This document shows, in pieces, positions 52,701 to 64,000 of a stretch of 64,000 bases of DNA. The stretch spans positions 62,001 through 126,000 of the forward strand of contig CAXHJY010001157.1 in assembly GCA_964016885.1 (NCBI GenBank). The letters run 5' to 3'. The stretch is from Eledone cirrhosa. Lineage: Eukaryota. Every line of letters starts with the position of its first letter. Within the stretch, counting starts at the first letter, position 1. The position numbers and the translations under genes are program-made. The notes beneath the pieces were generated by a model. It made no database searches. It was not told the DNA's origin and worked only from the letters and a program-made list of their open reading frames with translations.

Positions 52701-55700
52701 CACCTCTTCTTGCTATAGCTACTGTGTTGTGTCACCTTAGACAGGGTACTCTACTTACCACAGTCTACCTAGCTGTATAACAGGTGTCACCTCTTCTTGC
52801 TATAGCTACTGTGTTGTGTCACCTTAGACAGGGTACTCTACTTACCACAGTCTACCTAGCTGTATAACAGGTGTCACCTCTTCTTGCTATAGCTACTGTG
52901 TTGTGTCACCTTAGACAGGGTACTCTACTTACCACAGTCTACCTAGCTGTATAACAGGTGTCACCTCTTCTTGCTATAGCTACTGTGTTGTGTCACCTTA
53001 GACAAGGTACTCTACTTACCACAGTCTACCTAGCTGTATTACAGGTGCCACCTCTTCTTGCTATAGCTACTGTGTTGTGTCACCTTAGACAAGGTACTCT
53101 ACTTACCACAGTCTACCTAGCTGTATAACAGGTGTCACCTCTTCTTGCTATAGCTACTGTGTTGTGTCACCTTAGACAGGGTACTCTACTTACCACAGTC
53201 TACCTAGCTGTATTACAGGTGCCACCTCTTCTTGCTATAGCTACTGTGTTGTGTCACCTTAGACAAGGTACTCTACTTACCACAGTCTACCTAGCTGTAT
53301 AACAGGTGCCACCTCTTCTTGCTATAGCTACTGTGTTGTGTCACCTTAGACAAGGTACTCTACTTACCACAGTCTACCTAGCTGTATAACAGGTGCCACC
53401 TCTTCTTGCTATAGCTACTGTGTTGTGTCACCTTAGACAAGGTACTCTACTTACCACAGTCTACCTAGCTGTATAACAGGTGCCACCTCTTCTTGCTATA
53501 GCTACTGTGTTGTGTCACCTTAGACAAGGTACTCTACTTACCACAGTCTACCTAGCTGTATAACAGGTGCCACCTCTTCTTGCTATAGCTACTGTGTTGT
53601 GTCACCTTAGACAAGGTACTCTACTTACCACAGTCTACCTAGCTGTATAACAGGTGCCACCTCTTCTTGCTATAGCTACTGTGTTGTGTCACCTTAGACA
53701 AGGTACTCTACTTACCACAGTCTACCTAGCTGTATAACAGGTGCCACCTCTTCTTGCTATAGCTACTATGTTGTGTCACCTTAGACAAGGTACTCTACTT
53801 ACCACAGTCTACCTAGCTGTATAACAGGTGCCACTCCTTCTTGCTATAGCTACTGTGTTGTGTCACCTTAGACAAGGTACTCTACTTACCACAGTCTACC
53901 TAGCTGTATAACAGGTGTCACCTCTTCTTGCTATATCTACTATGTTGTGTCACCTTAGACAAGGTACTCTACTTACCACAGTCTACCTAGCTGTATAACA
54001 GGTGCCACCTCTTCTTGCTATAGCTACTATGTTGTGTCACCTTAGACAAGGTACTCTACTTACCACAGTCTACCTAGCTGTATAACAGGTGCCACCTCTT
54101 CTTGCTATAGCTACTATGTTGTGTCACCTTAGACAAGGTACTCTACTTACCACAGTCTACCTAGCTGTATAACAGGTGCCACCTCTTCTTGCTATAGCTA
54201 CTATGTTGTGTCACCTTAGACAAGGTACTCTACTTACCACAGTCTACCTAGCTGTATAACAGGTGCCACCTCTTCTTGCTATAGCTACTATGTTGTGTCA
54301 CCTTAGACAAGGTACTCTACTTACCACAGTCTACCTAGCTGTATTACAGGTGTCACTCCTTCTTGCTATAGCTACTGTGTTGTGTCACCTTAGACAGGGT
54401 ACTCTAGTTACCACAGTCTACCTAGCTGTATTACAGGTGCCACCTCTTCTTGCTATAGCTACTGTGTTGTGTCACCTTAGACAAGGTACTCTACTTACCA
54501 CAGTCTACCTAGCTGTATAACAGGTGTCACTCCTTCTTGCTATAGCTACTGTGTTGTGTCACCTTAGACAAGGTACTCTAGTTACCACAGTCTACCTAGC
54601 TGTATAACAGGTGCCACCTCTTCTTGCTATAGCTACTGTGTTGTGTCACCTTAGACAAGGTACTCTACTTACCACAGTCTACCTAGCTGTATAACAGGTG
54701 TCACTCCTTCTTGCTATAGCTACTGTGTTGTGTCACCTTAGACAGGGTACTCTAGTTACCACAGTCTACCTAGCTGTATTACAGGTGCCACCTCTTCTTG
54801 CTATAGCTACTGTGTTGTGTCACCTTAGACAAGGTACTCTACTTACCACAGTCTACCTAGCTGTATAACAGGTGTCACTCCTTCTTGCTATAGCTACTGT
54901 GTTGTGTCACCTTAGACAAGGTACTCTAGTTACCACAGTCTACCTAGCTGTATTACAGGTGCCACCCCTTCTTGCTATAGCTACTGTGTTGTGTCACCTT
55001 AGACAAGGTACTCTACTTACCACAGTCTACCTAGCTGTATAACAGGTGCCACCTCTTCTTGCTATAGCTACTGTGTTGTGTCACCTTAGACAAGGTACTC
55101 TACTTACCACAGTCTACCTAGCTGTATTACAGGTGCCACCTCTTCTTGCTATAGCTACTGTGTTGTGTCACCTTAGACAAGGTACTCTACTTACCACAGT
55201 CTACCTAGCTGTATAACAGGTGTCACTCCTTCTTGCTATAGCTACTATGTTGTGTCACCTTAGACAAGGTACTCTAGTTACCACAGTCTACCTAGCTGTA
55301 TTACAGGTGCCACCCCTTCTTGCTATAGCTACTGTGTTGTGTCACCTTAGACAAGGTACTCTAGTTACCACAGTCTACCTAGCTGTATTACAGGTGCCAC
55401 CCCTTCTTGCTATAGCTACTGTGTTGTGTCACCTTAGACAAGGTACTCTACTTACCACAGTCTACCTAGCTGTATAACAGGTGCCACCTCTTCTTGCTAT
55501 AGCTACTGTGTTGTGTCACCTTAGACAAGGTACTCTACTTACCACAGTCTACCTAGCTGTATTACAGGTGCCACCCCTTCTTGTTATAGCTACTGTGTTG
55601 TGTCACCTTAGACAAGGTACTCTACTTACCACAGTCTACCTAGCTGTATTACAGGTGCCACCCCTTCTTGTTATAGCTACTGTGTTGTGTCACCTTAGAC

Positions 55701-55733
55701 AAGGTACTCTACTTACCCAGTCTAGCTAGCTGT
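49800..55733. repeat. 87-bp satellite array, ~68 copies (~5.9 kb)
   Basis: Unit ttagacaaggtactctacttaccacagtctacctagctgtataacaggtgccacctcttcttgctatagctactgtgttgtgtcacc; period measured 49866 to 49953. Confidence 0.98.
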
Positions 55734-55968
55734 TGTTGTTAGAGAATCAAACATTCCAGTTGTTGTCTTCCTGTTTCTTCTACAACAACTATAACGGACA
55801 GAATGGAGAAGGCATTTCCCCGGAGGTCGGCGAGGGAGACGCGCTGGAAGAGCCACTCCAACTCGCGGGGCTCACACCTGCAGCTGGCCAGCTCGGCGCC
55901 TATGGTGGTGAGTAAGGAGGTAGCCCTGAGGCCGAAGACACCAGAAGTCTCCACTGTCAAGGGTACGA
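55734..55968 (-). mobile_element. Short CRE-clade 3' fragment inserted in the last satellite unit
   Basis: 'VVPLTVETSGVFGLRATSLL...WLFQRVSLA'; (AAC)n tail; CTAGCTGT repeated at 55726-55733 and 55969-55976. Confidence 0.8.
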
Positions 55969-56687
55969 CTAGCTGTATAACAGGTACTACTACTTTCACA
56001 ATAGATTTGCTCAATGAGCACTGTAATATAATATTCAGGAGCCCAGAAACACTGATGCAAACAGGATTTAAGCTTGTGAGCCATTGAGTGTATCAGCACA
56101 AGCAGGTGTATTATATAAAGTACTGTGATCTACTTTGTGTACATGTGTATATCTGTTTGTGATAATAGGTGTGTGAGAAAGTGTGTGTGGAGGGGGGCAT
56201 GTATGTATCCAACATACCTTTCAAAGTTATGACCTCAATGAAGATGTCCATCTCTACCTTTCTTTTCCCCACCATCACCACACTGCCACTACCAAGACCA
56301 CCACTGCCACCATCAGCTCCCACACTTCCTACAATCACCAAGATCACCTGCCCCTCCCTCCTCAGTAAACAACAAGTCCAAACAATGTTTCTATGACAGC
56401 CAATATAGTACTGAACTATAGCCATCATATCTTTACCTAGTAAGCTTTACATTCCACCTGTGATTAGATCAAAGGAAGAAGCCATGCTGTGTAGTTCTTG
56501 TTGTTGTGAGCATTGGGCTTAGATTTCTTTCTCATATTATTATAGAAGATCAACTGTGTATGTAGTTTTTGTGTCGTGTTTGTTTGTCCTTTAACTAAGT
56601 GGTTCAACAAATTGAGATCGATAAAAGAAATGCCACACATGAAACAATATAAATACTGAGGTTGATATGATTGATTAAATCGTTTAA

Positions 56688-56893
56688 CCCTTTAGCATTT
56701 AAACCACCCGTACCTGGCCAGAATTCTCTCACCCCTTTCTGTTCAAACCAGCCATAACAGGTTGTTCATACTCATGTTAAGGTATTGTTCTCAAAATAAA
56801 TAGTATCAAAATCTTATAGATTCGATATTACGAGGTAAAACATTTACCATGAAAATATAATAGTAAATATAGAGTAATGTAAATGGTAAAGGG
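56688..56893. mobile_element. piggyBac-type MITE family A
   Basis: TTAA flanks and TIRs. Confidence 0.8.
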
Positions 56894-57749
56894 TTAAAGG
56901 CAACACCTCAATAATTGAAACTAGTAAAAGTGTTAAAATGACATGGCTGTGTGGTTTTAGGAGTTCCCTTTGCCTCCAAGTGGTTCTGGATTTACTCCAG
57001 TTGCATGACACCTTGGGCAAGTATCTTTTACTATAGCCTTGGGTTGAGCATGGAATTTGGTTGATGTAAACTGCAAAAGCCTGTCATATAAATATATATA
57101 TATTTATGTGTGTGTCTGTTTATATTTATATTTGTGTCTATATTTATTTCCTATAACTTAGCAGTTCAACAAACAGAGATCGATAAAATAAGTAATAAAA
57201 AAATAACTTGAGGAAAATGAGTACTGTAGTTGACATGATCCACTAAATCCTTGAAAGTGGTACCCCAGCATTGCCGCAGTCTAATGACAGAAACTAGTAA
57301 ACGCGCGCGCGTGTGCGTGTGTGTGTTTCTGTGTTGACATGCTCAGACAGACTGTGATGTTTGTTTATGTCATGCAGCTGAACAGCTTCACAAGTAAAGT
57401 TCGGCAGAACAAGTTTTTTTTCGAATCCTAGGTGTTCCTCAGACATTCTTGTAAACAATGCTCTCGATCAGCAAAACAGCTAGAAATAACAGCTAAATTT
57501 CCCTCAATCCACATCCTAGTAGGGGAATAATAGTAAAATAAACAGGATCCTTGGCAGTGAAAAGGTAAGGCACCAATGACCTAAACATACACACTCCAAA
57601 AAATGGGATGGTTATGACTTTGAATTTAGATTTTTCCCATCGACAAAAACAACTAAGGCCCACCTTACTGCTCCTCTCCTAAACAACAACCATCACAATC
57701 CCCATTCCCAGCTCATCAGTCACTCCATGACATCACTGCACCAAATACC

Positions 57750-58190
57750 TGAAGCAGTCACAGCCATACCATTCCTGATTCAGTCAGCCAGTCCACTACA
57801 CCACACCACACCAAGACATGAAGTAATCACAACACATCAATCATTTCACTACACCACTCCACAAAATATGTGAAGTCACACAGCCATACGATTCAACTAT
57901 CTCACCACTCTACCAATTATGTAAAGCAGTCACAACCATACCAGCCAACCATCTTGCTGTTCAGTCGGCCACTCCACCAATTATGTAAAGCAGTCACAAC
58001 CATGCCATCCAACACATCCCACCATTCAATCAGTCATTCTATTACTCCACCAAATATGTGAAGCAGTCACACAACCAATCGGCTATTCCACTACACCACT
58101 CCAAATATGTGAAGCAGTCACACAGCCATATCATCCAACCATTCCACTACACCATTCCACCAAATATGTGAAGCAGTCACACAGCCATAC
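57750..58190. repeat. Degenerate ~55-75-bp tandem repeat
   Basis: Recurring ccaccaaatatgtgaagcagtcaca. Confidence 0.7.
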
Positions 58191-60768
58191 CGTATGTTAC
58201 ATCTTGGTAATGTAGCAACTGAAACTGTGCAGCACACACACACATATATACACTGAATAACTGAAATACTGCAACAGCACTGCAGTTTGACGGAGACAGC
58301 AGAACTGCAGAATTATGGTGGTGATAGTGGTACAGTAGCAGTGAAGGTGGCAATATCTGAGGTGTTGGTGATGATGGTAGTGGTGGCAGCAGTGGTGGTG
58401 ACGGTAGTAGTAGTAGTAGTAGTAGTAGTAGTGTAAGTGATAGTAAACGGTCGTATTGGTTGTAGTGATGTGGCAATAGTATTGTTGGAGGTAGTGATGG
58501 TGATTGTGAGGGTGGATAACTGATGTTTAGTTATAAATATGAGAGATGTATGATTATAAACCACCACCACGACAACGACCATGGTGGTGATGATGAAGAT
58601 GGTGGTGGTGGTGGTGATGATGATGGTGGCGGTGGTGGTAGTGGTGATGGTGGTGGTGATGATGATGGTGGCGGTGGTGGTAGTGGTGATGGTGGTGGTG
58701 GTGGTGATGTGTGCTGTGTCAACAAGAGATTAAACAATATGCTGAGTGCTGTGTATATACGAGAGAAAGATAGATACAAAGAAAGGGATCAAGAGACATA
58801 GAGAAAGAGAAAACAAAGCAGAGAAAAAGTGAGAGACACAAAGAAAGAGTGAGAGACAAAGAAATTGGAAGCAAGAAGAAAATGAAGAAAATGGTTTTCT
58901 AGTTTTCAAGTGTCTTATTCAAGAACACAATACACTACAGTACCAGTCTATGGTGGTGGACTGGTGGAATGAATTTCTAGACTGTCTGACCATATCTCTA
59001 ATGAAATACACAATTGCCAGAGTTGTTAAGAGCAATGGAGAATTGAATGCTCCAAGGTATTTGCTCTCTGTACACCAAATTCAAATCCTACTGAAGTCAA
59101 CTTTGCCTTTCAGGGTCAATAAATCAACTGCCATTCCATGGCAGTGAATTGGTGGAATTGTTAGAGCACCAGGCATGATGCTTTGTCGTATCTCTTTCTG
59201 CCCTTTGCATTTTGAATTCTCCTACAATGTCATTGGCATCAAGCTGTATTGGCCCTTGCTCTTTCCCCTTGGACAATATCTGTGCCATAGAAAGAGGGGA
59301 AACTTGCATACATGGCCAACTGCTGGTCTTCCAGACACATGAAAAAGGAAAACAACCTTGCCCAGACTTGCATCTTGGAGAGGAACTTTCCAGGTGTAGA
59401 AACCTTGGTCTCAAGACATACAGAGGTCTGTGATGGTATTTATATGGGATATTGTAGAAACTCTAGTTATCTCTCTATCCAGTTATCTAGATTTCTCTCA
59501 TTTATCTACCTGTATCACTATTTCTCTCACACACACCTCTCTCTCACACACCTCTCTCTCACACACCTCTCTCTCACACACACCTTTCTTCACTTCATGT
59601 CTTTATTCCTCTCTCTCTCTACATACCTATGATATTTTTTACTGTTTAACCAGGGATGGCGGGACAGAACCCATAACCCTTTTCTGGGCTTCTGAGACTA
59701 GTGGAAGGAAGGGAAGAAGGCAGGAAGGTATCCTTAAACTGTCAACCTGCCAGGGATGGAGGGAGGAACAGTGCCCAGAACCCTTTTCAAGGCTTCTGAG
59801 ACTAGTGGAAGGAAGGGCAGTAGGTAGGAAGGTATCCCCAAACTGCAGACCTGGTACTAAAGACATTTTTGTTTACCCTCTACTCACTTAGTTTCTCTTC
59901 CTTCTTCTCAGGTACAGGTAAGAGGGCAGATGTAACAATATGCTGCTAATTGCTTATGGTTTAGTTCAGAAATTATTCTTGTGAGTGATAAGGGTGTTGC
60001 TGGAGGAAGGGTGTAGGTGTCAATAAGGAAGGTGTAAATGGAGATAGAGGTGGGCAGTGGATATGGATTTTAACTTAAGTGTCATCTGTCTGTCTGTGTG
60101 TCCATCTATGTATAAATGACATTCCTGTGACATTTAGTCATCCATTATCAGAAGTATAAGTGTATGTGTGGAGGAGTGTCCATGTGTGTGTGTGTGTGCG
60201 TGTGCGGAGGAGTGGATATGTATGTGTGTGTGTGTGTGTGTGCATGTGTATCAACATCACAGTGCATTTGTATGTATGTGCCTGAATGCAATATGTATGG
60301 ATGTGCATGTGTGTGTGTATCAAAGTTATCAAAGTCAAAGCTTTATATACATATATTACAAAACAGGGGTTATAGAGAAAAGGTGGAATTGGAAATAGCA
60401 CGGAAAATATACTTAAGGATCTGTTTTTCTTTTTTTCTTCTTTGATTCGTCAAGGTGACATTATTGAAAAAAATGAGAGGAACAATTCTTTTTTTAAAAA
60501 AAGGAGTTTTATGATGGATGTATATAAAATATAACTGGTTTCAATGTATCGGTGTGAACCATCTTGTCGCTGGAGAATGTGTTGCTGCATGTGGCAATGC
60601 AGAAAAGTACACCCAAAGTTCTTTCTCCCAATCACACACACACATTTCAGAGTTCAGTAAGATGATGATAGTGGGTATTGACTGGGTCATCTGGTCAGAA
60701 TAGCAGGAAGCACATGGGTTGGTTGGGGTAAACTGAGGTGGGTGGATGGGGGAGTTGTGCTGTAGGTA

Positions 60769-60849
<81 letters not shown>

Positions 60850-60966
60850 TATAGAATAAAAGAGAGAGAGAACACATAAGAAACAAATATATATTTGCAC
60901 TAGCAAACATGAACCAAATATAAATGAGGAGACAAGGGCTGAGAAAGAGAGAAAAAGACAAAGAAT

Positions 60967-61019
<53 letters not shown>

Positions 61020-61367
61020 GAGGGGGGGGTATGGAGAGACAGACCTTAAGAGACTGCAAGGAAAAGAGAGCCTGAAGGGAAATAACTCCCCTACACCTTC
61101 ATTAGAGTGATATTGGGGGGGGGGGGGGGGGGTTACCAACTCCCCAACCTTCTATATGTAAATATTTTCAGTATTGGGTGTCCTTAGAGGGCAAACATCC
61201 GGTGGGGTGGTGGCAGCTGCATGTTATGGTGTAGAAGGATGGATGGCTTGAGGTAGGAAGTGGGAAAGAGGAAAGTGGGAGAGAGTGGAGTTAGGAAGTG
61301 TTAGGAAGCAAAGGACAACAGACACATCCTGTCTACACACACACATACATACGTATATATGCTTACA

Positions 61368-61420
<53 letters not shown>

Positions 61421-62489
61421 TTACACACTGCTGTCTGGCTGGATTGAACTTGGTGTCTGCTACTGACTTTACTGGCTTCCAAAAGTCACACACACACATA
61501 TGTATATATGCTTACACACACATATGCATATACGCTTACACAAACACACAGTCACATACACTGCTGTTGGATTGAACTTGGTGTCTGCTACTGACTTTAC
61601 TGGCTTCCAAAAGTTTACACACATACACAAATTTAATACATATGCACACATACAATTTAATACATACACACACATACACAACTTTTTTTCTTTACATGAA
61701 CATTAAAGGACCATTGGTTGTTGTAATGCCATCAGGTGCTACCTAATAATAACATCAAAGGATCCCCCATCCCCAATCATCAGTTGCTACCCAGTCTTAG
61801 TACAAAGTGTAAAGGGCCGGGTCTCAGGTTCGATCTCACTATGTGACATCTTGGGATCGTGTCATAGCTTTGGGTTGAGCCATGCCTTGTGAGTAAAATT
61901 TGGTAGACAGAAACTATGTGGAAGCTTGTTGAATGGACAGCACTTGCAATTGAAAGAGCCAGCATTGTCACACACAAACACTGCATCACAGTGAATCTCC
62001 CCGAGTATTATGTTATGGGTACACATGTCTGTGGAATGCTCAGCCACCTACACGTTAATTTCATGAGCTGGCTGTTCTGTTGTTTAAACAACTGGAACAC
62101 TCATCATCGAAACTGACGTCCATTCCATGAAGTTCAAAGCATCATTTTACTTCCTATAGTGGGAAGAGGGAAGCAGTGTGTGAGAATGTAATAAGAGGAA
62201 AGTTAAGTTCTGTCTCAAGCTTGAAGAAAACCAGAGAATACAAAAAAAAAAAAGGAAAAGTAGCTGATCCTCATATTGGACCAAGGAAACAATGTTTCCA
62301 TTGGTCTTTCCACTGCTGATACTATCTGTCAGTTGTAACTCCTGGCAAAAGGAACAACGTGAAAAGTATTTAGCTCAAAAACTCAACACATCTCCTTATA
62401 CAGGAATTGAACCCATGTCTTTATGATCATGAGTCCAACACCCTAAATTAGAATGCTGTTGAAGCATGTATACACTTTTTGGGGACACC

Positions 62490-62528
<39 letters not shown>

Positions 62529-62535
62529 TACACAT

Positions 62536-63194
62536 CCCAGGTAGACGTATTCCTCCACCTCCTCTATTTCATCACCGCCAACCACCATTCGACCTGTTGG
62601 TACGTTGTCATCTTGAGGCCTACTGCAGAGCCATTGAGAGGGAGATCTCGCGGAGAGTAAGGGCCGGATGGAAGGCATTCAACGGCATAAGGGATGTGCT
62701 CAAGGGGAGGTTGGCCCGGGTGGTCTTGTCCAAGACTACCCGCGCCAACCTCTTCAATAGCACAGTTTTACCTGCAATGTTATATGGCAGTGAAACTTGG
62801 GCTACAACGAAGAGAGAAGAGCAGAGGTTGGTAACGGCTCAAAGAGCCATGGAGAGATCAATGCTAGGAATCTCGTTGAGAGAGCACATCAGGAGCGAAG
62901 TCATCAGACAGAAGTCCGGCATGGGGGATATCATCACGGAATATATGCACAGCAAGTTCAGATGGGCTGGACACATCGCCCAGTTCACCGATAATCGGTG
63001 GACCCGCGCAGTTGCCGAGAGGTACCCGCGTGAGCGGAAACAACCACTCGGAAGGCCTCCACGAGGGTGGAGTTACGATTTTAGGAATACGATTGGGACT
63101 ACATGGATGAGGAAAGCACGATCCAGAGAGGAATGGATGGCGTGCTGTGACCAGCGGCGCCGATGGACGCCCAACAGACTGGTCGGTCAAGGTG
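62536..63194 (+). mobile_element. Young RTE-clade LINE insertion, 5'-truncated with an inverted 5' segment
   Basis: Open frame 'RRVRAGWKAF...LFNSTVLPAMLYGSETW...RWAGHIA...GRPPRGW'; TSD atatacacat at 62526-62535 and 63195-63204. Confidence 0.88.
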
Positions 63195-64000
63195 ATATAC
63201 ACATACACACACAAGAAATGTGAGAGTGTAAGCAAACTAACAGAAAAGGGAGATTTTGTATGTAGGAGATTCACAGGGGTAGTTAGTATTGAGAGCTCCA
63301 GCGTGGTGTTAATATACATGAAAGACTTAATATGTATGGAGGGCTGAGAGAAAAATTGAGTATAAGAGGAATCAAATGTTGTGTGCAAGAGAGAAGACTG
63401 ACTGGTATGGACATGTGATGCATATGGATGATAATTAGAAGTACTAGGAATTTCCAGTGGAAGGAAGCTGCAGTAGAGGAAGGTGATGGAAGACCTGGGC
63501 AAAAGTGGTGATAGTGGATCTCAAAACGCTGAACCTGGCAGAGGAGATGACGAAGGAACACAGTTGATGGAGGGAAGATGTGTTGGGAAAGACCTGTCCA
63601 ATCTATGCAAGCAAGGAAAAGTGGATGCAAAACGATGATGATAATGATTTGAAATGTGCACGACCCAACACAAATGATCATAATGATAGTTGACTACTAT
63701 AAGTAATAATTGGAAAAAAAAAAAAAAAAAAAAAAAATCGGGTAAAATAGTCCTTGACAGACAAAAGTGAACAGAGGAGCCTGCAAGGAGCTAAAACATG
63801 TATCTCTCAAATGCATTAAATGCTGAATATCAATTCCATCTTTTTAGAAGTTTTTAAGCCTGTAACTAGAAGTGTAAACAAAGTGGTTGGCTCAAGAAGC
63901 ATTTTCCATTATTTAAGGACACCAGTCTACCTCAGTTTGTAATAATGTATTGGCTGATGCAGTGGAGATTTCTGGCTGTTCTTTATGTAAACCTTTTCCC

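Noticed and set aside
49800-55733. 87-bp array as a CRISPR array or repetitive protein gene
   Set aside because: There are no unique spacers and no cas genes. Most units have TAA in the only semi-open frame, and the other five frames have fixed stops.
58177-58801. Gly/Asp-rich and Pro-rich ORFs
   Set aside because: Triplet-repeat artefacts.

Overview
AT-rich, repeat-dense animal genomic DNA. The tRNA-derived SINE and MITE landscape resembles coleoid cephalopods (octopus-like), but this is an inference from repeat style. Two spliced protein-coding genes lie on the minus strand. RANGAP1 has 8 coding exons in the window (12707 down to 1431) and continues off the left edge. A complete pecanex-like gene (PCNX4-like) has 10 coding exons from 39037 to 21816, giving a 4140-nt CDS (~1379 aa); all junctions are GT-AG and phase-consistent. 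The rest is transposon debris: a Buster-type hAT relic, a mariner relic, TTAA-flanked piggyBac-type MITEs, SINEs, RTE/Vingi/R4-like LINE ends, four CRE-clade fragments, a Penelope-like GIY-YIG fragment, minisatellites and a ~5.9-kb array of an 87-bp satellite. The most interesting region is PCNX4 intron 3 (29.2-32.8 kb), a chain of (TA)n-separated elements. It includes a non-coding ~747-nt-unit element with direct terminal repeats and a hammerhead ribozyme whose predicted cleavage site matches the element's 5' end (retrozyme-like). It also has further hammerhead remnants and long hairpins, next to a Penelope-like retroelement. No prokaryotic-type systems or CRISPR arrays were found.
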